From an uncultured delta proteobacterium (GTDB lineage Bacteria > Desulfobacterota > Desulfobacteria > Desulfobacterales > B30-G6), in assembly GCA_963823335.1 (NCBI GenBank), contig CAWGLD010000005.1:1-64000 (forward strand): a stretch of DNA of 64,000 bases, given 5' to 3'. The notes below the pieces were generated by a model that saw nothing but the letters and a program-made list of their open reading frames with translations, had not been told where the DNA came from and made no database searches. Made by a program: the position numbers and the translations under genes. Shown piece by piece: positions 19,438 to 31,530 of this stretch. Every line of letters begins with the position of its first letter. Position 1 is the stretch's first letter.

Positions 19438-21335
19438 AACAATATTTAAACACGGTAACCAGCGAATGGTATAATAAGCGGGTCATGGGCGCCATTTTGT
19501 GCGTGGTAGTGGCGTTTTCGATCCTCTTCATGCGTTTGTTTTATCTCCAGATCATGAAAGGTGAAGAATTCCTCAAGCTTTCAGAAAACAACAGCATTCG
19601 ATTGGAAAGCATCGTTGCGCCGCGGGGACTGATTTTCGATGTAAATGGTGAATTGCTGGTGGACAATCGTCCTTCCTTTGATTTACGTATTACTCCCAGA
19701 AATGCCAAACCCCTTGAGCAGACCGTAAAGAAATTGGCTCGCTATACAAACATCCCTGAAGAAGATCTGATGGAGAAGATCAGAGAGTACAATGGCTTCT
19801 CATCCTATAAACCCGTATTACTGAAACAGGATATCGGGCGGGATGCCATGGCTTCAATCGAGGTTCACAAGTTTGATCTGCCCGGCGTGACGATGGATAT
19901 CCGTCCGGTTCGTCATTATATCAATGGACAGCATGCTGCTCACCTCATCGGCTATCTGGGAGAGATTAATGCCAGGGAGTTGCAGGGTGGTGCCTTTGAA
20001 GGTAGCAAGGGAGGAGATTTTATCGGTCGGTTCGGGGCTGAAAAAACCTATGAAGACCTGTTGCGGGGAAAACGTGGTGGTCGGCAGGTGGAAGTCGATG
20101 TCAGAGGGCAGGTGGTCAAGGCACTGAGAACCGTCAGCGCCAGGCCAGGTCGGAATTTGTATTTATCGGTGGATTACGCACTCCAGAAAATGGCGGAGGA
20201 CCTGTTGCAGGACCAGGTTGGAGCGGTGGTCGCCATGGACCCTGCGACCGGTTATATTTTGGTTATGGCCAGCAGTCCCACTTTTGATCAGAATACATTC
20301 GTGAGCGGCATGACTCGCAAAGAATGGAACGCCTTGATCACAAACCCAGGATACCCCATGACGAACCGAGTCATCCAGGCAGAATATCCCCCGGCGTCTA
20401 CCTATAAGATTGTAACCGCAATTGCCGGTCTGGAAGAGGGCGTTATCGACCCGGAATCCACCCATTACTGTCCTGGTTATTATGCCTTGGGTGATCGCGT
20501 TTTTCGCTGCTGGAAAAGAGGCGGGCACGGAGAGATGAATGTTGTGCAGGCAATTGCAGAATCCTGCGATGTCTTTTTTTATAAGGTTGGTGAAGAGGTC
20601 GGTGTCGACGCGCTGGCAACCTACGCCAGAATGTGTGGGCTGGGTGAACGAACAGGCATCCATCTGGACAATGAGGGCAGGGGGCTGGTTCCGACCTCGG
20701 AATGGAAAAAGAAGCGTATTGGAGAATCCTGGCAGAAAGGCGAGACCCTGAACGTCTCCATAGGTCAAGGGTTCAATCTGACAACGCCGCTGCAAATGCT
20801 GGTTTTGACATCGGCTATCGCCAATAGCGGAACCCTTTATCAACCCCAGATAGTAAGACGCGTTGAAACAGCGGACGGTAGCGAAGTAAAAAACATCGAA
20901 CCTGTGGTTGCGGGAAGTCTTGCCATCAGTCCGAAAACCATGGATATCGTCAAGAGAGGTTTGTGGGAAGCTGTCAATACCAGGAAGGGGACTGCGCATG
21001 GCATCAAATTGAATCAGTATCCCATCAGCGGCAAGACCGGTACCGCACAACTGGTTACCAGCAAGAAGCCCAAAATCGGCGAGACGGAAAATGAAGACGA
21101 GCTTTTCAAACAGAACCTGCCCCATGCCTGGTTTGTTGCCTATGCACCGTCTGAGGCGCCTCGCATAGCCGTTGCCATTATCGTTGAACACGGCGAACAT
21201 GGTTCAACTACCGCGGCACCCATTGCCAAGGAACTCATCAAAACCTACCTTGAAAAACAGGAGCGTAACAATTGGATCACCACGGCACAGACCCGACAAG
21301 CAGTGCCGGATGGTGTTGCTGTGGCGAGGGAATAG
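19434..21335 (+). CDS. mrdA: Penicillin-binding protein 2
   Basis: STYK, SCD, KTGT motifs; APRGLIFD. Confidence 0.95.
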   Translation: MKQYLNTVTSEWYNKRVMGAILCVVVAFSILFMRLFYLQIMKGEEFLKLSENNSIRLESIVAPRGLIFDVNGELLVDNRPSFDLRITPRNAKPLEQTVKKLARYTNIPEEDLMEKIREYNGFSSYKPVLLKQDIGRDAMASIEVHKFDLPGVTMDIRPVRHYINGQHAAHLIGYLGEINARELQGGAFEGSKGGDFIGRFGAEKTYEDLLRGKRGGRQVEVDVRGQVVKALRTVSARPGRNLYLSVDYALQKMAEDLLQDQVGAVVAMDPATGYILVMASSPTFDQNTFVSGMTRKEWNALITNPGYPMTNRVIQAEYPPASTYKIVTAIAGLEEGVIDPESTHYCPGYYALGDRVFRCWKRGGHGEMNVVQAIAESCDVFFYKVGEEVGVDALATYARMCGLGERTGIHLDNEGRGLVPTSEWKKKRIGESWQKGETLNVSIGQGFNLTTPLQMLVLTSAIANSGTLYQPQIVRRVETADGSEVKNIEPVVAGSLAISPKTMDIVKRGLWEAVNTRKGTAHGIKLNQYPISGKTGTAQLVTSKKPKIGETENEDELFKQNLPHAWFVAYAPSEAPRIAVAIIVEHGEHGSTTAAPIAKELIKTYLEKQERNNWITTAQTRQAVPDGVAVARE

Positions 21336-21338
21336 CCT

Positions 21339-22448
21339 ATGGGATTTGATAGACGTCTGGTACAGTATTTCGATTGGGGACTGATGCTGCTGATCATTGT
21401 TCTGGGTGCTTTTGGGCTGGTTGCCCTTTACAGTGCCGTGACTGCCGGTGCAGATGCAGGCCAGAAGATTCTTTTTACCAAACAGCTCATCTGGTATAGT
21501 GCCGGCCTGGTGGCGATGATCGTCTTCTTTTTGTTCAGTTATAAATCACTGGAAAAATGGGCTGATATCATTTATGGCGGGTGCATTTTTCTCCTGATCA
21601 GCGTTTTGATCTTTGGCAAAATCACCGGCGGATCTCAACGATGGCTTCTGCTGGGGCCAATATCGGTTCAGCCATCAGAAATAGCCAAGCTTGCCGTCAT
21701 TATCGTTCTGGCACGCTACTATTCCAAATATGCCAGCGAAAGAGGATTTTCGTTCCGCGGACTCATCAATCCGATAATTCTGACAGCGATCCCTTTTATT
21801 CTGATCGTGAAGCAACCTGACCTGGGAACGGGCATGGTCATACTTCTTATCGCTGGTACGATGACGCTGTTCGTCAAGATCGAAAGACGAACCCTCATTT
21901 ATATAATGTCTTTCGGTGTTCTTTCAGGGCCCATGGTATGGTATTTTTTGAAAGGATACCAGAAACAACGCATCCTGACATTCCTGAACCCGGACAGAGA
22001 TCCGCTTGGCGCAGGATACCACATCATCCAGTCGAAAATTGGTATTGGATCCGGATATATTTCAGGCCGGGGTTTTTTACAAGGGACCCAAAACGCATTG
22101 TCGTTTTTGCCGGAACAACACACGGATTTCATCTTTTCCGTACTTGCTGAAGAATGGGGGTTTATGGGTGCATCGGTTCTGCTGCTGATGTTCCTGTTTC
22201 TAATCGTATGGGGGTTGAACATTGCCACAAATTGCCGTGATAATTTCGGGACCATTTTAGCGGTTGGCATCACCACTTTGATCATGTGGCAGGTCTTTAT
22301 CAATATCGGAATGGTGATGGGGCTGATGCCTGTTGTGGGCGTTACCCTGCCGTTTATCAGCTATGGTGGTTCATCCATCGTAACCATGATGATCTGCGCT
22401 GGAATTTTGCTGAATATCAGCATGCGGCGATTTCAGTTCGAAAAATAA
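21339..22448 (+). CDS. rodA: Peptidoglycan glycosyltransferase RodA
   Basis: QPSE, QPDLGT, LPEQHTDFIF, ISYGGSS. Confidence 0.97.
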   Translation: MGFDRRLVQYFDWGLMLLIIVLGAFGLVALYSAVTAGADAGQKILFTKQLIWYSAGLVAMIVFFLFSYKSLEKWADIIYGGCIFLLISVLIFGKITGGSQRWLLLGPISVQPSEIAKLAVIIVLARYYSKYASERGFSFRGLINPIILTAIPFILIVKQPDLGTGMVILLIAGTMTLFVKIERRTLIYIMSFGVLSGPMVWYFLKGYQKQRILTFLNPDRDPLGAGYHIIQSKIGIGSGYISGRGFLQGTQNALSFLPEQHTDFIFSVLAEEWGFMGASVLLLMFLFLIVWGLNIATNCRDNFGTILAVGITTLIMWQVFINIGMVMGLMPVVGVTLPFISYGGSSIVTMMICAGILLNISMRRFQFEK

Positions 22449-22577
22449 AAAATTGCGGAGTAATTTTATATTTGTGTGCGACGTTGTCGCATTTTTATTA
22501 TTGTAATATCCTTATCTTTATAATGCTGTTTTCGTGATAAAAAAAACTACCCGATTTGCTTGTTTTGGGAGGAAATA

Positions 22578-22946
22578 ATGAAAAAAGAAAAAAAGATCGA
22601 TGCGGTGACCACGTTTTTGGGTCCTGATGCGTTTTTCGACGGTACGATTAATTTCAAGGGGACCATCCGTCTGGATGGAAAGGTAAAAGGGAAAATTGTC
22701 AGTGATGAAGGAACCGTTATCATAGGAGAAAAGGCAACTGTCGAAGCTGATATCGCTGTCGAAACCGTCATTATCAAGGGCTTTGTCAACGGTAAGGTTC
22801 AGGCCAGGGGTCGGATCGAAGCATACCCACCGGCACGCATTTTGGGGGAACTTCTTGCACCAACTATCCGTATTGATCCCGGTGTGATGTTCAATGGAAA
22901 CTGCAGCATGGAAACCGGGAGCATACAGGACACTAAAACCTCCTGA
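22578..22946 (+). CDS. Bactofilin (polymer-forming cytoskeletal protein)
   Basis: Repeating IRLDGKVKGKI / VIIKGFVNGKV beta-helix pattern. Confidence 0.9.
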   Translation: MKKEKKIDAVTTFLGPDAFFDGTINFKGTIRLDGKVKGKIVSDEGTVIIGEKATVEADIAVETVIIKGFVNGKVQARGRIEAYPPARILGELLAPTIRIDPGVMFNGNCSMETGSIQDTKTS

Positions 22947-23125
22947 AATATAAGGAAATAATGCTTTTAAACGGGTTCTGCAATATACCACTAAAAAAAA
23001 ACAAAAAACCTTTGACTTTTTTATGTTTTGGATGTTATAGCACCGCGGGAGTACGATGACGGGGCAATAGTGTATTTCATAAAAAACAGTGTTTGCAGAT
23101 CGAAGACCATGAACGGAGGTTCTTT

Positions 23126-23698
23126 ATGATATTATCGGATATCTTCCGAAACGCGACTCGAAAAAAACAATTTTTATCCATTTTGATATTAATTGTAATG
23201 AGTTTCATGGCCGTCCAAACAAGTGTGGTTTTTGCTTCGTCGGGTGGTGAAAAAGGCGGTGGTGGAGGAATTACCGTTATCCCCGATGCTTCGGTATTCA
23301 TCCAGATCATCAATTTTTTATTCCTGATATGGATTCTAAATCTCATCATATACAAACCTATTCGTAACATTCTCACGCAAAGAAAAGAAAAGTTTTCCGG
23401 CCTTGAAACCGATATTGAAACTGCCGAATCAAAGGCTGTTGCTCAGGAGCAGGCCTTCGCATCCGGTATCAAGGAAGCCAGGGCCAGGGGGCTGAAGCAA
23501 AAGGAGGCGCTCCTGCAGGCAGCCTCGGATGAAGAAAAGGAACTCATCGGCAAGATCAATGAAAAGGCTCAGGCAGAGCTGACAAAGGTAAGAGAACAGA
23601 TCGCCAGGGAAGCGGATGGTGCCAGAGAGACGCTGATGAAAGAAGTTGAAGATTTTGCAGGCACCATCAGTGAAAAAATCCTCGGGAGGGCTGCTTAA
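23126..23698 (+). CDS. F0F1 ATP synthase subunit b'
   Basis: QIINFLFLIWILNLIIYKPI plus coiled coil; GGAGGT RBS before ATG 23126 (start uncertain). Confidence 0.88.
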   Translation: MILSDIFRNATRKKQFLSILILIVMSFMAVQTSVVFASSGGEKGGGGGITVIPDASVFIQIINFLFLIWILNLIIYKPIRNILTQRKEKFSGLETDIETAESKAVAQEQAFASGIKEARARGLKQKEALLQAASDEEKELIGKINEKAQAELTKVREQIAREADGARETLMKEVEDFAGTISEKILGRAA

Positions 23699-24315
23699 TG
23701 ATACAATCGGGTTTTAAGCGGAAACGGGATATCATAAGGACCGTTTCACGTTTTGTGCTGATATTTACAGTGCTGCTTGTTTTCAATGCTGGCGCTGTTT
23801 TTGCTTCCGCAGAAGGGGCTAACGACCAGGCAGCGTCTAAAGGCTGGAACAAGAATGACTGGTTTCGTGTCATGAACTTCTCTGTCCTTGCAATTGCGCT
23901 CTTTTTTGTCTTGAAAAAGCCCTTGTCCCAGGCGTTAAATGCCCGCATCAAGGGAATAAAAGATGAACTGGAGACACTTGAAACCAAAAAAAAGGAAGCT
24001 GAAGCCCAACTTGCAGCGTACAACGAGAAACTTTCCCGCTTGGAAGGGGAGGCCGAGAGGCTCATAGAGGAATATATCAAGCAGGGGGAGGAGGCCAAGG
24101 TAAGAATTATCAAGGAGGCGGAAAGCACTGCCGTGAAACTTGAAGAACAGGCCAAACGACACATCGAAAGCGAATTCAAGCAAGCTAAAAAACAGTTGCA
24201 GGGAGAAATACTTCAAGTGGCTCTTGCCAAGGCCGAGGAAATAATCAAAGCTAAAATTTCATCCGAAGATCAGGACAGACTGGTCGACGACTATTTAGAG
24301 AAGGTGGTGGCATAG
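23698..24315 (+). CDS. atpF: F0F1 ATP synthase subunit b
   Basis: RVMNFSVLAIALFFVLKKPL plus coiled coil. Confidence 0.92.
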   Translation: MIQSGFKRKRDIIRTVSRFVLIFTVLLVFNAGAVFASAEGANDQAASKGWNKNDWFRVMNFSVLAIALFFVLKKPLSQALNARIKGIKDELETLETKKKEAEAQLAAYNEKLSRLEGEAERLIEEYIKQGEEAKVRIIKEAESTAVKLEEQAKRHIESEFKQAKKQLQGEILQVALAKAEEIIKAKISSEDQDRLVDDYLEKVVA

Positions 24316-24866
24316 TGAAGAATCTGGCTATTGCAAGGCGGTATGCCAAGGCATTGCTGCTGATAGGCAAAGAAGATGGACAGACTGAGATCTACCGTGA
24401 AGAATTGAGAGCTTTTTCAGATCTGATAGAACGGGAGAGCACGCTCAGCCGGGCCATTACCAACCCTCTGTACGATGCAGTCGCCCGAAAGAACGTTCTG
24501 AAAGCCGTTCTTGAAAAATCGAGTTTTTCCAAGGTGATGAATGCATTTTTATTGTTGCTGTTTGACAAGGGTCGTGTGAGCTTTCTTGTCAACATAAACG
24601 ATTTTTATCAGAAAATGGCTGATGAGTTAAAAGGTGTTGCAAGGGCTAGCCTGGTTTCGGCAACCGAGCTTTCATCCGAAACCATCGAAAAAATTCGCTC
24701 ATCCTTGTCTAAAAAGACGGGCAAAGATATTGTTTTAGAGTGTGCGCAGGATTCCAGTCTCATCGGTGGTATCGTTACAAGAATCGGGGATCTTGTATTG
24801 GATGGAAGCATAAAAACACAATTACTCAACATGAGAGAATCTTTAAAAAGGGGTGAAAGTGTATAA
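24315..24866 (+). CDS. atpH: ATP synthase subunit delta
   Basis: [27 protein letters not shown]. Confidence 0.96.
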   Translation: MKNLAIARRYAKALLLIGKEDGQTEIYREELRAFSDLIERESTLSRAITNPLYDAVARKNVLKAVLEKSSFSKVMNAFLLLLFDKGRVSFLVNINDFYQKMADELKGVARASLVSATELSSETIEKIRSSLSKKTGKDIVLECAQDSSLIGGIVTRIGDLVLDGSIKTQLLNMRESLKRGESV

Positions 24867-26386
24867 TGGAACTACGAGCTGAAGAAATAAGTCAGATTAT
24901 CAAAGAACAGATCACGGATTACGACAAAAAGGTAGAGTTGAGCGAAACTGGCGTAGTCCTGTCCGTTGGCGACGGAATTGCCAGAGTTTACGGACTCGAA
25001 AAGGCTATGGCGCTGGAACTCGTTGAATTTCCAGGAGGAACTCTGGGTTTGGTACTGAACCTGGAAGAGGACAATGTGGGTATTGCCATTATGGGTGAAG
25101 GCATCCATATCAAGGAAGGGGACATGGTCAAACGCACCGGCCGTATTGCCCAGGTGCCGGTAGGCGAAGCTGTCCTTGGACGTGTGGTATCGGGTGTTGG
25201 TGAACCCATAGACGGCAAAGGCCCCATCGATGCGAAGGAGTTCAGGCGTGTCGAGATGGTGGCTCCGGGTGTTATCGCCAGAAAGTCCGTCCATGAACCC
25301 ATGTATACCGGTTTGAAAGCGGTTGATGCCATGACACCGGTGGGAAGAGGACAGCGTGAGCTGATTATCGGTGACAGGCAGATCGGTAAGACAGCCTGTG
25401 CCATAGATGCCGTTCTTGCACAGAAGGACACTGACATTTATTGCATCTATGTGGCTTGTGGTCAGAAAAAATCGACGGTTGCTCAGGTTCATGCGGTTCT
25501 GGAAAAACATGGTGCCATGGAATATACGACCATCGTGTCCGCCTGCGCCAGTGATCCCGCTACCCTTCAGTATCTGGCGCCTTACGCCGGATGCGCCATG
25601 GGAGAATACTTCCGTGACAAAGGGCAGCATGCATTGATTATTTATGATGATCTTTCCAAACAGGCGGTCGCTTACCGGCAGATTTCTCTGCTCCTCAGAC
25701 GGCCACCGGGACGAGAAGCCTACCCAGGTGATATTTTCTACAACCACTCGCGCCTACTGGAAAGGGCTTGCAAACTGAATGATGAATTGGGGGCTGGTTC
25801 TCTCACAGCACTGCCGATTATTGAGACACAGGCCGGTGACGTGTCGGCCTACATCCCCACCAACGTGATTTCAATCACGGACGGACAGATATATCTTGAG
25901 CCGGCTCTCTTTTTCGCCGGTATCCGTCCCGCCATTAATGTCGGTCTTTCCGTCTCCCGTGTGGGTGGTTCTGCGCAGGTCAAAGCCATGAAGCAGGTGG
26001 CAGGGACACTGCGTCTCGACATGGCTCAATTCCGTGAACTCGAAGCTTTTGCAGCCTTCGGAAGTGATCTGGACAAGTCGACCCAACGTCAGTTGACCCG
26101 CGGTGAAAGACTGGTACAAATTCTGAAGCAGCCGCAATATCAACCACTTTCCCTCGAAAAACAGGTGACCATCCTGTATGCAGGGACCAGGGGCTATTTG
26201 GATCAGTTCCCGCTGGATGTGGTAGAAAAATACGAAGCCGGTCTTTATCAGTTCATCGAAGAGCGACATGCGGATATCTATACCGAGATCGCCGATAAGA
26301 AGACCATCACGGAAGAACTGGATAAAAAACTGGCAGAAGCGCTGAAGGCCTATAATGAGGAGTTCAAAGACACGATCAAATCATAG
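24866..26386 (+). CDS. atpA: ATP synthase subunit alpha
   Basis: [18 protein letters not shown]. Confidence 0.99.
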   Translation: MELRAEEISQIIKEQITDYDKKVELSETGVVLSVGDGIARVYGLEKAMALELVEFPGGTLGLVLNLEEDNVGIAIMGEGIHIKEGDMVKRTGRIAQVPVGEAVLGRVVSGVGEPIDGKGPIDAKEFRRVEMVAPGVIARKSVHEPMYTGLKAVDAMTPVGRGQRELIIGDRQIGKTACAIDAVLAQKDTDIYCIYVACGQKKSTVAQVHAVLEKHGAMEYTTIVSACASDPATLQYLAPYAGCAMGEYFRDKGQHALIIYDDLSKQAVAYRQISLLLRRPPGREAYPGDIFYNHSRLLERACKLNDELGAGSLTALPIIETQAGDVSAYIPTNVISITDGQIYLEPALFFAGIRPAINVGLSVSRVGGSAQVKAMKQVAGTLRLDMAQFRELEAFAAFGSDLDKSTQRQLTRGERLVQILKQPQYQPLSLEKQVTILYAGTRGYLDQFPLDVVEKYEAGLYQFIEERHADIYTEIADKKTITEELDKKLAEALKAYNEEFKDTIKS

Positions 26387-26497
26387 AAGATGACCATAGG
26401 CCTGTATCATCGCCTTTTTGTGGGTCTCATCTTCCTAGGCTAACTGGCAGGAACAGAGGTTCGGGTACAGGCTAAACCAGGATAAGGGCCAAGTTAA

Positions 26498-27388
26498 ATG
26501 CCAAGTTTAAAAGATGTCGAATTAAAGATCAACGCAGTTAAGAAAACAAAGCAGATCACCAAGGCCATGAATATGGTCGCCACCTCGCGTTTGAGAGGGG
26601 CCCAGGACAACATGCAGCGTTTCCGCCCTTACGCCGGAAAATTTGCCGAAGTGTTAGGGAGCCTTGCCGAGAAAGCAGGTGGCGAAGCCAGCCCGTTGCT
26701 GATACCGCGTGAAGAAGTCAGGCATATTCATATTGTCTTGTGTACATCTGACAGGGGTTTGTGTGGTGGGTTCAATGTCAACCTGATCGCCAAGGCCGAG
26801 TCTTTCATGCGTGATAAACAGGGCGATGGTGTCGTATTTTCATTTACCAATTTCGGCAAGAAGGGTCGCGACTGGTGTCGGAAAAAAAGTTTCGACAGAG
26901 TTAGTGAACATCTCGGTATTGTCGGTACAAAATTCGGTTTCAATGTTGCCTCAACCGAGGGGCGCAAGCTGGTGGACGGATACTTGGACAACACCTATGA
27001 CGAGGTGTATGTTGTGTATGCTGAATTTATAAGCATGGGCAGGCAGGTGCCGATTGTCCGACAGATTCTTCCGATACCGCCCTTAGAAACACAAGCAACT
27101 GAAACCGACGAAAACGCCCCGTATCTCGCGGAACATATTTGTGAACCCTCTCCAAATGAGTTGCTGGGAGAACTTCTTCCCAGAAATGTTTTCGTTCAGT
27201 TGTTCAGTGCATTGCTTGAAACATCCACCAGTGAACATGCTGCAAGACGGACGGCCATGGACAATGCAACCAAAGCGTGCAACGACATGATCGAGAATCT
27301 CACATTGGCATACAACAAAGCCCGTCAGTCAGCCATTACGGCTGAATTGATGGACATCGTCGGCGGAGCAGAAGCGCTGAAAGGATAG
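26498..27388 (+). CDS. atpG: ATP synthase subunit gamma
   Basis: DRGLCGGFN, YNKARQSAITAEL. Confidence 0.98.
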   Translation: MPSLKDVELKINAVKKTKQITKAMNMVATSRLRGAQDNMQRFRPYAGKFAEVLGSLAEKAGGEASPLLIPREEVRHIHIVLCTSDRGLCGGFNVNLIAKAESFMRDKQGDGVVFSFTNFGKKGRDWCRKKSFDRVSEHLGIVGTKFGFNVASTEGRKLVDGYLDNTYDEVYVVYAEFISMGRQVPIVRQILPIPPLETQATETDENAPYLAEHICEPSPNELLGELLPRNVFVQLFSALLETSTSEHAARRTAMDNATKACNDMIENLTLAYNKARQSAITAELMDIVGGAEALKG

Positions 27389-27398
27389 CGGCGAATAA

Positions 27399-28886
<1,488 letters not shown>

Positions 28887-28901
28887 TGACGAGGATACAA
28901 C

Positions 28902-29315
28902 ATGGCCGACAATATTAAATTGGAAGTTGTTACACCTGAAAAATCCGTTGTCGATGAGGATGTCCAGATGGTCGTGTCCCCGGGCACACTGGGCGAATTT
29001 GGTGTTCTGGCAGGGCATACAACATTTCTGACAACCTTAAAGATCGGAACCATTCGCTATACAGATGCAAGCGGCAAAGAACGGTATGTTTTTGTCAGTG
29101 GTGGATTTGCAGAGGCGCTTCCGGACAAGGTGACCGTTCTGGCCGAGTCAGCTGAACGGCGGAAGGACATCGATCTGCAACGGGCCAAGGATGCCTTGCA
29201 ACGTGCAGAGAAAAGGTTGGCTGAGGAGAGATCCAAACAAGACATCGATTTTGTCAGGGCTAAAGTTGCTCTTGAAAGAGCTATTCAGCGGATCAAACTG
29301 TCAGGGACCCTCTAA
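28902..29315 (+). CDS. atpC: ATP synthase subunit epsilon
   Basis: LEVVTPE, GEFGVLAGH, VSGGFAE. Confidence 0.97.
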   Translation: MADNIKLEVVTPEKSVVDEDVQMVVSPGTLGEFGVLAGHTTFLTTLKIGTIRYTDASGKERYVFVSGGFAEALPDKVTVLAESAERRKDIDLQRAKDALQRAEKRLAEERSKQDIDFVRAKVALERAIQRIKLSGTL

Positions 29316-29446
29316 AAATATCAAGAAACGCTATTCTGACGTACTTTTTAACCGCAACAGCGAGTACATTCCCCGCGGGCTTTGGCTGCGGCAGCGCTTC
29401 GCATGCTGTGAGAGATATTCAACTCGGTAATGTAATAGCAAAAACG

Positions 29447-29480
29447 AAAAGGGTGAACCTCGTCAGGTTTACCCTTTTTT
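29447..29480 (+). terminator. Intrinsic terminator of the atp operon
   Basis: AAAAGGGTGAACCT-CGTC-AGGTTTACCCTTTTTT. Confidence 0.85.
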
Positions 29481-29536
29481 CTTAGAAAGAATTCTATAAT
29501 ACCTTTATATATACCCATATGGAGACCAATTAAGCC

Positions 29537-30301
29537 ATGATCGATAAGCAGATAGAAAATGTCAGTATTGTCATTTTGGCTGCCGGTCTGGGTACCCGGA
29601 TGAAATCGGAGAAGGCCAAGGTACTACATAAGATCATGGGAGAGCCCATGATCTCCCATGTGCTTGCATCTGCCTGCCATATCGCCGGGAAAAACGTCAT
29701 TGTCGTGGTGGGGCACCAGGCAGATCTTGTAAAGGATGCATGTCTGAAGGTCAGTCCCGTATCATTTGCAATCCAGAAAGAACAGAGAGGCACCGGTCAC
29801 GCGGTGCTGTGTGCCATTCCGGAAATTCCGGAAACAGTGCAGAATGTCGTTATTTTATGCGGCGACATCCCTTTGTTGAAAGCAGAGACCATTCGAGATC
29901 TGTTGGTCGATCACGTAAAGGAAAACAGGGACTTGTCTTTGCTGGCTGTGGAACTTGAAGATCCTACCGGCTATGGAAGGGTCGTGATAAATGCAGAGCG
30001 TGAATTGACCCGGATAGTGGAAGAGGCGGATGCCACTGCGGATGAAAAGAATATATCAATAATAAATTCAGGTATATATTGCGTCACGAAAGCATTCCTT
30101 TCAGAATCGTTGCAAAAAATTTCCCCGGACAATGCTCAGGCAGAATTGTATTTGACCGATATCATAGGGGTCGGTTATTCCATGGGCAAACATATCGGGG
30201 TTCTCCTGGGCGCAAATCCTGAGGAAATATCAGGGGTTAACACACCTGTTGACTTGAAGGCGGTTGAAATACTTATGGAATCAAGATTGTCCGGGGTTTA
30301 G
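29537..30301 (+). CDS. glmU: GlmU-like uridylyltransferase, N-terminal domain only
   Basis: ILAAGLGTRMKS, EQRGTGHA, DPTGYGR, ELYLTD; no hexapeptide-repeat domain. Confidence 0.85.
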   Translation: MIDKQIENVSIVILAAGLGTRMKSEKAKVLHKIMGEPMISHVLASACHIAGKNVIVVVGHQADLVKDACLKVSPVSFAIQKEQRGTGHAVLCAIPEIPETVQNVVILCGDIPLLKAETIRDLLVDHVKENRDLSLLAVELEDPTGYGRVVINAERELTRIVEEADATADEKNISIINSGIYCVTKAFLSESLQKISPDNAQAELYLTDIIGVGYSMGKHIGVLLGANPEEISGVNTPVDLKAVEILMESRLSGV

Positions 30302-30391
30302 ATGACGATGGAAGAACCTCGCATAGTTAAAACACTTGACTTTCATAATGGTCAAATTTATAATAACTTTCAGTATATTTGAGGTGACCTA

Positions 30392-30637
30392 TTGGATAAC
30401 GATACCATTTTAAAGCAATTTAATGAAATAGAAAATCGGGTAGAATCATTGATATCACGCTGCGGTTCACTGGGTACGGCCAATTCAGAACTCACGGCAA
30501 CGGTTGAAAACCTGGAAACAAAGCTTAGAGAGAAAGAAGCGCTGGAAAGCCAGGACAGTGAAATAAGGACCTTGATTCGATCCAGGATTGACAATCTATT
30601 GGAAAGGTTGGACGGAATAACAGAAGTTGAAAAATAG
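30392..30637 (+). CDS. zapB: Cell division protein ZapB-like coiled coil
   Basis: Short coiled coil ending IRSRIDNLLERL, upstream of zapA; TTG start after GAGGTG. Confidence 0.7.
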   Translation: MDNDTILKQFNEIENRVESLISRCGSLGTANSELTATVENLETKLREKEALESQDSEIRTLIRSRIDNLLERLDGITEVEK

Positions 30638-30680
30638 CAGTTGAAGCAACTATGATCAAGGAAAGGTAATCACAACAACA

Positions 30681-30974
30681 TTGGACCAGCTTGTAACGAT
30701 AGAACTTTTCGGACACCCATTTACCTTCAAAGCTGAAAAAGATGTCGAAAAAGCGAAAGAAGTAGCTGATTTTCTTGTCCAGGAAGTCACAAAGGTTGAG
30801 AACCAGATGTCTGACAAATTATCAAGCATCAGTAAGCAGGCCATTTTGATACTAACGGCCCTCAATATTGCAAATGAATATATGCAATGTAAACAGTGTC
30901 ATACAGATTTGTTAGAAACTGTTTCCGACCGGGCGTCGAACCTTCTAAATGAGTTGACTACGAATCAAACCTAA
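30681..30974 (+). CDS. zapA: Cell division protein ZapA
   Basis: VTIELFG, ILTALNIANE; synteny with 6S RNA and rny. Confidence 0.88.
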   Translation: MDQLVTIELFGHPFTFKAEKDVEKAKEVADFLVQEVTKVENQMSDKLSSISKQAILILTALNIANEYMQCKQCHTDLLETVSDRASNLLNELTTNQT

Positions 30975-31130
30975 CAGGGTGTTAACAAGCATTGATTAAA
31001 TTCAAAAAGATATCATATATCGTCACATACCTTACCAGGCTTCACTGAGCGTAAATGTATTTTTAAGTACCTTCTGTATTCCAGCCGCGGATGTAAATGG
31101 CGTTGACGACATGTTTGGTCAAAATATCAG

Positions 31131-31316
31131 GGTGTTTCCCCTGCCGTGTTCGTGATTGGAAGATGTTCTTTGAACCAACACTTATTAAACGGGAGCTTTC
31201 ACTTGTTTTGGTGTGTTTTTCTATATAGACAGAAGAGCCTAAAGAAACAACAGAGCGCCCACTTTTGATTCAAGGATCAAAGACCTACCAACACGGCACC
31301 GAGGTGGGGGTTCACC
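31131..31316 (+). ncRNA. ssrS: 6S RNA
   Basis: Between zapA and rny; closing stem CCCCTGCCGTGTT/AACACGGCA..GGGG, TGAACC and GGGAGC motifs. Confidence 0.85.
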
Positions 31317-31530
31317 TTGTAACGATTTGCCCATCAAACTGCCATTACATCTAAGCAACGCATCTCTTTTGATCCATCTTCATGCCCCGATCATAGAGAT
31401 TCCCTGCAAAAAAACCAATCTTCTCCAAGACAGTTATTCATTCCACCGCTGATGCCATGGGAGCGACAACGTCGCGTTCCATAAATTCGTAATTCGAGTT
31501 TATTATGATATTAATTCCTGGAGATAACTA

